From: Actinomycetota bacterium
GTDB taxonomy: Bacteria; Actinomycetota; Acidimicrobiia; IMCC26256; VFJJ01
Length of the DNA: 63,306 bases
Assembly: GCA_009886115.1 (NCBI GenBank)
Contig: VFJJ01000019.1
Coordinates: 1 to 63,306 of the forward strand
Reading direction: 5' to 3'
Below, in pieces: positions 60,783-63,306 of the stretch. Both the position numbers and the translations under genes were made by a program. Under the pieces are notes generated by a model. The model saw nothing but the letters and a program-made list of their open reading frames with translations. It was not told the DNA's origin and searched no databases. How positions within the stretch are numbered: position 1 is the first letter of the stretch; every line of letters starts with the position of its first letter.

Positions 60783-62497
60783 GGATCTCGCGAGCGCGCT
60801 ATGCGGCGCTGTACGGGCCGACGGTCGGCGATCGGGTGCGGCTGGCCGACACCGATCTGTGGATCAGCCCCACCGAAGATCGCAGCGGCACCGGCGCCGC
60901 CGGAGGGCCCGGCGACGAGGCGGTGTTCGGCGGCGGGAAGGTGATCCGCGAATCGATGGGCCAGGCGACCACGAGCACGGTCGATCTGGTGATCACCGGC
61001 GCGCTGGTGCTCGACCACTGGGGCGTCGTGAAGGCCGACATCGGCGTGCGCGCCGGGCGGATCGTCGCTCTGGGCAAGGCCGGCAACCCCGACGTGATGG
61101 ACGGCGTGCACCCCGATCTCGTCATCGGCCCGTCGACCGAGATCATCGCCGGGGAGGGGCTGATCGTGACCGCGGGCGGCGTCGACTGCCACGTGCACCT
61201 CATCTGCCCGCAGGTTCTCGACACCGCGCTGGCGTCGGGGATCACCACGGTGATCGGGGGCGGAACCGGCCCCGCCGAAGGCACCAAGGCCACCACGGTC
61301 ACGCCCGGTGCCTGGTACCTCGCTCGCATGCTCGAGGCCCTCGATGGCTGGCCGGTCAACGTGGCCTTGCTGGGCAAGGGCAACACGGTCTCGCAGACCG
61401 AGCTCGACGCTCAGCTGCGCGGTGGGGCGGCTGGTTTCAAGCTCCACGAGGACTGGGGGACGACGCCCGCGGCGATCGACGCCTGTCTCACCGCCGCCGA
61501 CCGCTCGGGCGTGCAGGTGGCCATCCACACCGACACGTTGAACGAGGCCGGCTTCGTCGCCGACACCCTGGCGGCCATCGCCGGGCGGTCGATCCACACG
61601 TACCACACCGAGGGAGCGGGAGGCGGCCATGCCCCCGACATCATCACCATCGCCTCGCACCCCAACGTGTTGCCGTCGTCCACCAACCCCACTCGGCCCC
61701 ACACCGTCAACACCCTCGCCGAGCATCTCGACATGCTCATGGTGTGCCATCACCTCAACCCGCAGATCCCCGAGGACCTGGCCTTCGCCGAGAGCCGCAT
61801 CCGCCCGTCGACGATCGCTGCCGAGGACCTGCTGCACGACCTCGGGGCCATCTCGATCATCGGGTCCGACTCGCAGGCCATGGGACGCATCGGCGAGGTG
61901 TGGACGCGGACCTTCCAGACGGCCCACGTGATGGCCCGCCGATTCGGCGCGCTGGCCGGTGAGCCGGTGGCCGGGGCCGACAACCTCCGGGCCCGGCGGT
62001 ACGTGGCCAAGACGACGATCTGCCCCGCGGTGGCCCACGGCCTCGACGGCGAGGTCGGTTCGGTCGAGCCCGGCAAGTTGGCCGACCTCGTCGTGTGGGA
62101 CCCGGCTTTCTTCGGCGTGAAGCCCAAGCTGGTCATCAAGTCGGGGATGATCGCCTGGGCCGCCATGGGTGACGCCAACGCGTCGATCCCAACGCCGCAG
62201 CCCGTCCTGGCCCGCCCCATGTTCGGTGCTGCGGCCTCCGTCGCACCCGAGCTTTCGGTGGCCTGGGTCGCGCCGCTCGCGCTCGACGACGGGTTGGCCG
62301 ATCGGATCGCGGTGCGCCGCCGACTCCTGCCGGTGCGCGACACCCGTCGGCTGAGCAAGACCGACCTGCCCGAGAACACGGCCATGCCTCACATCGAGGT
62401 CGAGCCCTCGACGTTCGCCGTGCGCATCGACGGCGAGCTCGTGGTCGAGGACCCCGTGGCCGAGCTGCCCATGGCCCAGCGCTACTTCCTCTTCTGA
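60779..62497 (+). CDS. ureC: Urease alpha subunit
   Basis: [35 protein letters not shown] and SDSQAMGR. Confidence 0.98.
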   Translation: MRISRARYAALYGPTVGDRVRLADTDLWISPTEDRSGTGAAGGPGDEAVFGGGKVIRESMGQATTSTVDLVITGALVLDHWGVVKADIGVRAGRIVALGKAGNPDVMDGVHPDLVIGPSTEIIAGEGLIVTAGGVDCHVHLICPQVLDTALASGITTVIGGGTGPAEGTKATTVTPGAWYLARMLEALDGWPVNVALLGKGNTVSQTELDAQLRGGAAGFKLHEDWGTTPAAIDACLTAADRSGVQVAIHTDTLNEAGFVADTLAAIAGRSIHTYHTEGAGGGHAPDIITIASHPNVLPSSTNPTRPHTVNTLAEHLDMLMVCHHLNPQIPEDLAFAESRIRPSTIAAEDLLHDLGAISIIGSDSQAMGRIGEVWTRTFQTAHVMARRFGALAGEPVAGADNLRARRYVAKTTICPAVAHGLDGEVGSVEPGKLADLVVWDPAFFGVKPKLVIKSGMIAWAAMGDANASIPTPQPVLARPMFGAAASVAPELSVAWVAPLALDDGLADRIAVRRRLLPVRDTRRLSKTDLPENTAMPHIEVEPSTFAVRIDGELVVEDPVAELPMAQRYFLF

Positions 62498-62498
62498 G

Positions 62499-63212
62499 AT
62501 GGTCGAGCGAGCCGCACTCCCGCCCCTCTCGCCGTTGCCGTTGCTGGGCTTGCTGCTCGGTGACGGGCGCTGGCCCGGCGGCGGCTACGCCCACTCGGGA
62601 GGCCTCGAAGCCGCGGTCGCCGACGGCTCGGTGCGCGACATCACCGACCTGGAGGCGTTCGCGACCGGGCGGCTTGCGACGAGCGGCCCCCTCGACGCCT
62701 GGCTCGCGGTGGCAGCCTGCCGGAGCTGCTCCCCCGGCGCCCCTGCTGGCGTCGCTGCTCCCGCTGCTCCCGCCGGGCTCGACGCTCTGGCCGGGCTCGA
62801 CGAGATCGCGGATGCGTCGACGCCCGTCCCGGCGCTGCGGGCGACGTCGCGTGCGCTGGGCCGAGGGCTGCGCCGATCGGCCACCGCCATGTGGCCGGCC
62901 CTGGCCGTGTATGGCGGCGAGCACCATGCCGTCGTGATCGGCGCCGTCGCGGCACTCACCGGGTTGGGGCCGGCCGCGGCCGGGTCACTCGCCGTGCACT
63001 CGCTCGTGACCGGCGTTCTCATCGCCGCGCCGAAGCTGCTCGCCGTCGACACGGTCGACGCGCTTGCGATAGCGGTACGGCTCGCCCCGTTCGCCGAGAC
63101 GATCGTGGCCGAGGCGCTGACCTGTACCGAAGCACCGATCCGCTCGGCGCCCCTGCACGACGCCCGTTCCGACCGCCACTCTCGCCAGGAGATGCGCCTG
63201 TATGCCTCGTGA
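62499..63212 (+). CDS. ureF: Urease accessory protein UreF
   Basis: D.R.P.GGYAHSGGLE N-terminus and H.....RLYAS C-terminus; directly after ureC. Confidence 0.9.
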   Translation: MVERAALPPLSPLPLLGLLLGDGRWPGGGYAHSGGLEAAVADGSVRDITDLEAFATGRLATSGPLDAWLAVAACRSCSPGAPAGVAAPAAPAGLDALAGLDEIADASTPVPALRATSRALGRGLRRSATAMWPALAVYGGEHHAVVIGAVAALTGLGPAAAGSLAVHSLVTGVLIAAPKLLAVDTVDALAIAVRLAPFAETIVAEALTCTEAPIRSAPLHDARSDRHSRQEMRLYAS

Positions 63213-63306
63213 AACCCCGTCCCGTGAAACCCCGTCCCGTGACACCCGGGCGTTGCGCGTGGGCATCGGCGGCCCGGTCGGCTCGGGCAAGACGGCGCTC
63301 GTGGCG
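63202..63306 (+). CDS. ureG: Urease accessory GTPase UreG, N-terminal fragment at window edge
   Basis: MPRETPSRETPSRDTRALRVGIGGPVGSGKTALVA contains the GGPVGSGKT P-loop. Confidence 0.88.
   Translation, partial: MPRETPSRETPSRDTRALRVGIGGPVGSGKTALVA

Overview
High-GC actinobacterial chromosome segment; the gene repertoire suggests Acidimicrobiia, which is an inference. Most of it is lipid, acyl-CoA and aromatic catabolism: SDRs, class III CoA-transferases, seven amidohydrolase-superfamily genes, thiolase-like proteins, a P450, an acyl-CoA ligase and dehydrogenase, a sulfotransferase and MFS transporters. It also carries a phaB-phaC-phaZ PHA cluster, class I fumarase, a SNF2/SWIM pair and the start of a urease operon (ureABC-F-G). 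Accessory DNA includes a hipBA-like module, a lower-GC secreted protein/lipoprotein pair, a complete ISKra4-family IS (23-bp IRs, 9-bp TSD), a vapBC-like pair and a truncated DUF2461 gene. Two signals are missed by the ORF track. (1) A PrdB/GrdB-like gene reads through an in-frame UGA in a U-x-x-C motif followed by a SECIS-like hairpin, so it is probably a selenoprotein. (2) An AbiEi/DUF559 nuclease-like gene is bracketed by a 35-bp REP-like palindrome family with compensatory changes, has an orphan copy about 52 kb away, and has a PafBC-type DNA-damage promoter. Short tandem duplications that include stop codons recur throughout. No rRNA, tRNA or CRISPR array was seen. Family names come from motif recognition, not database searches, and many start codons were re-assigned by eye.
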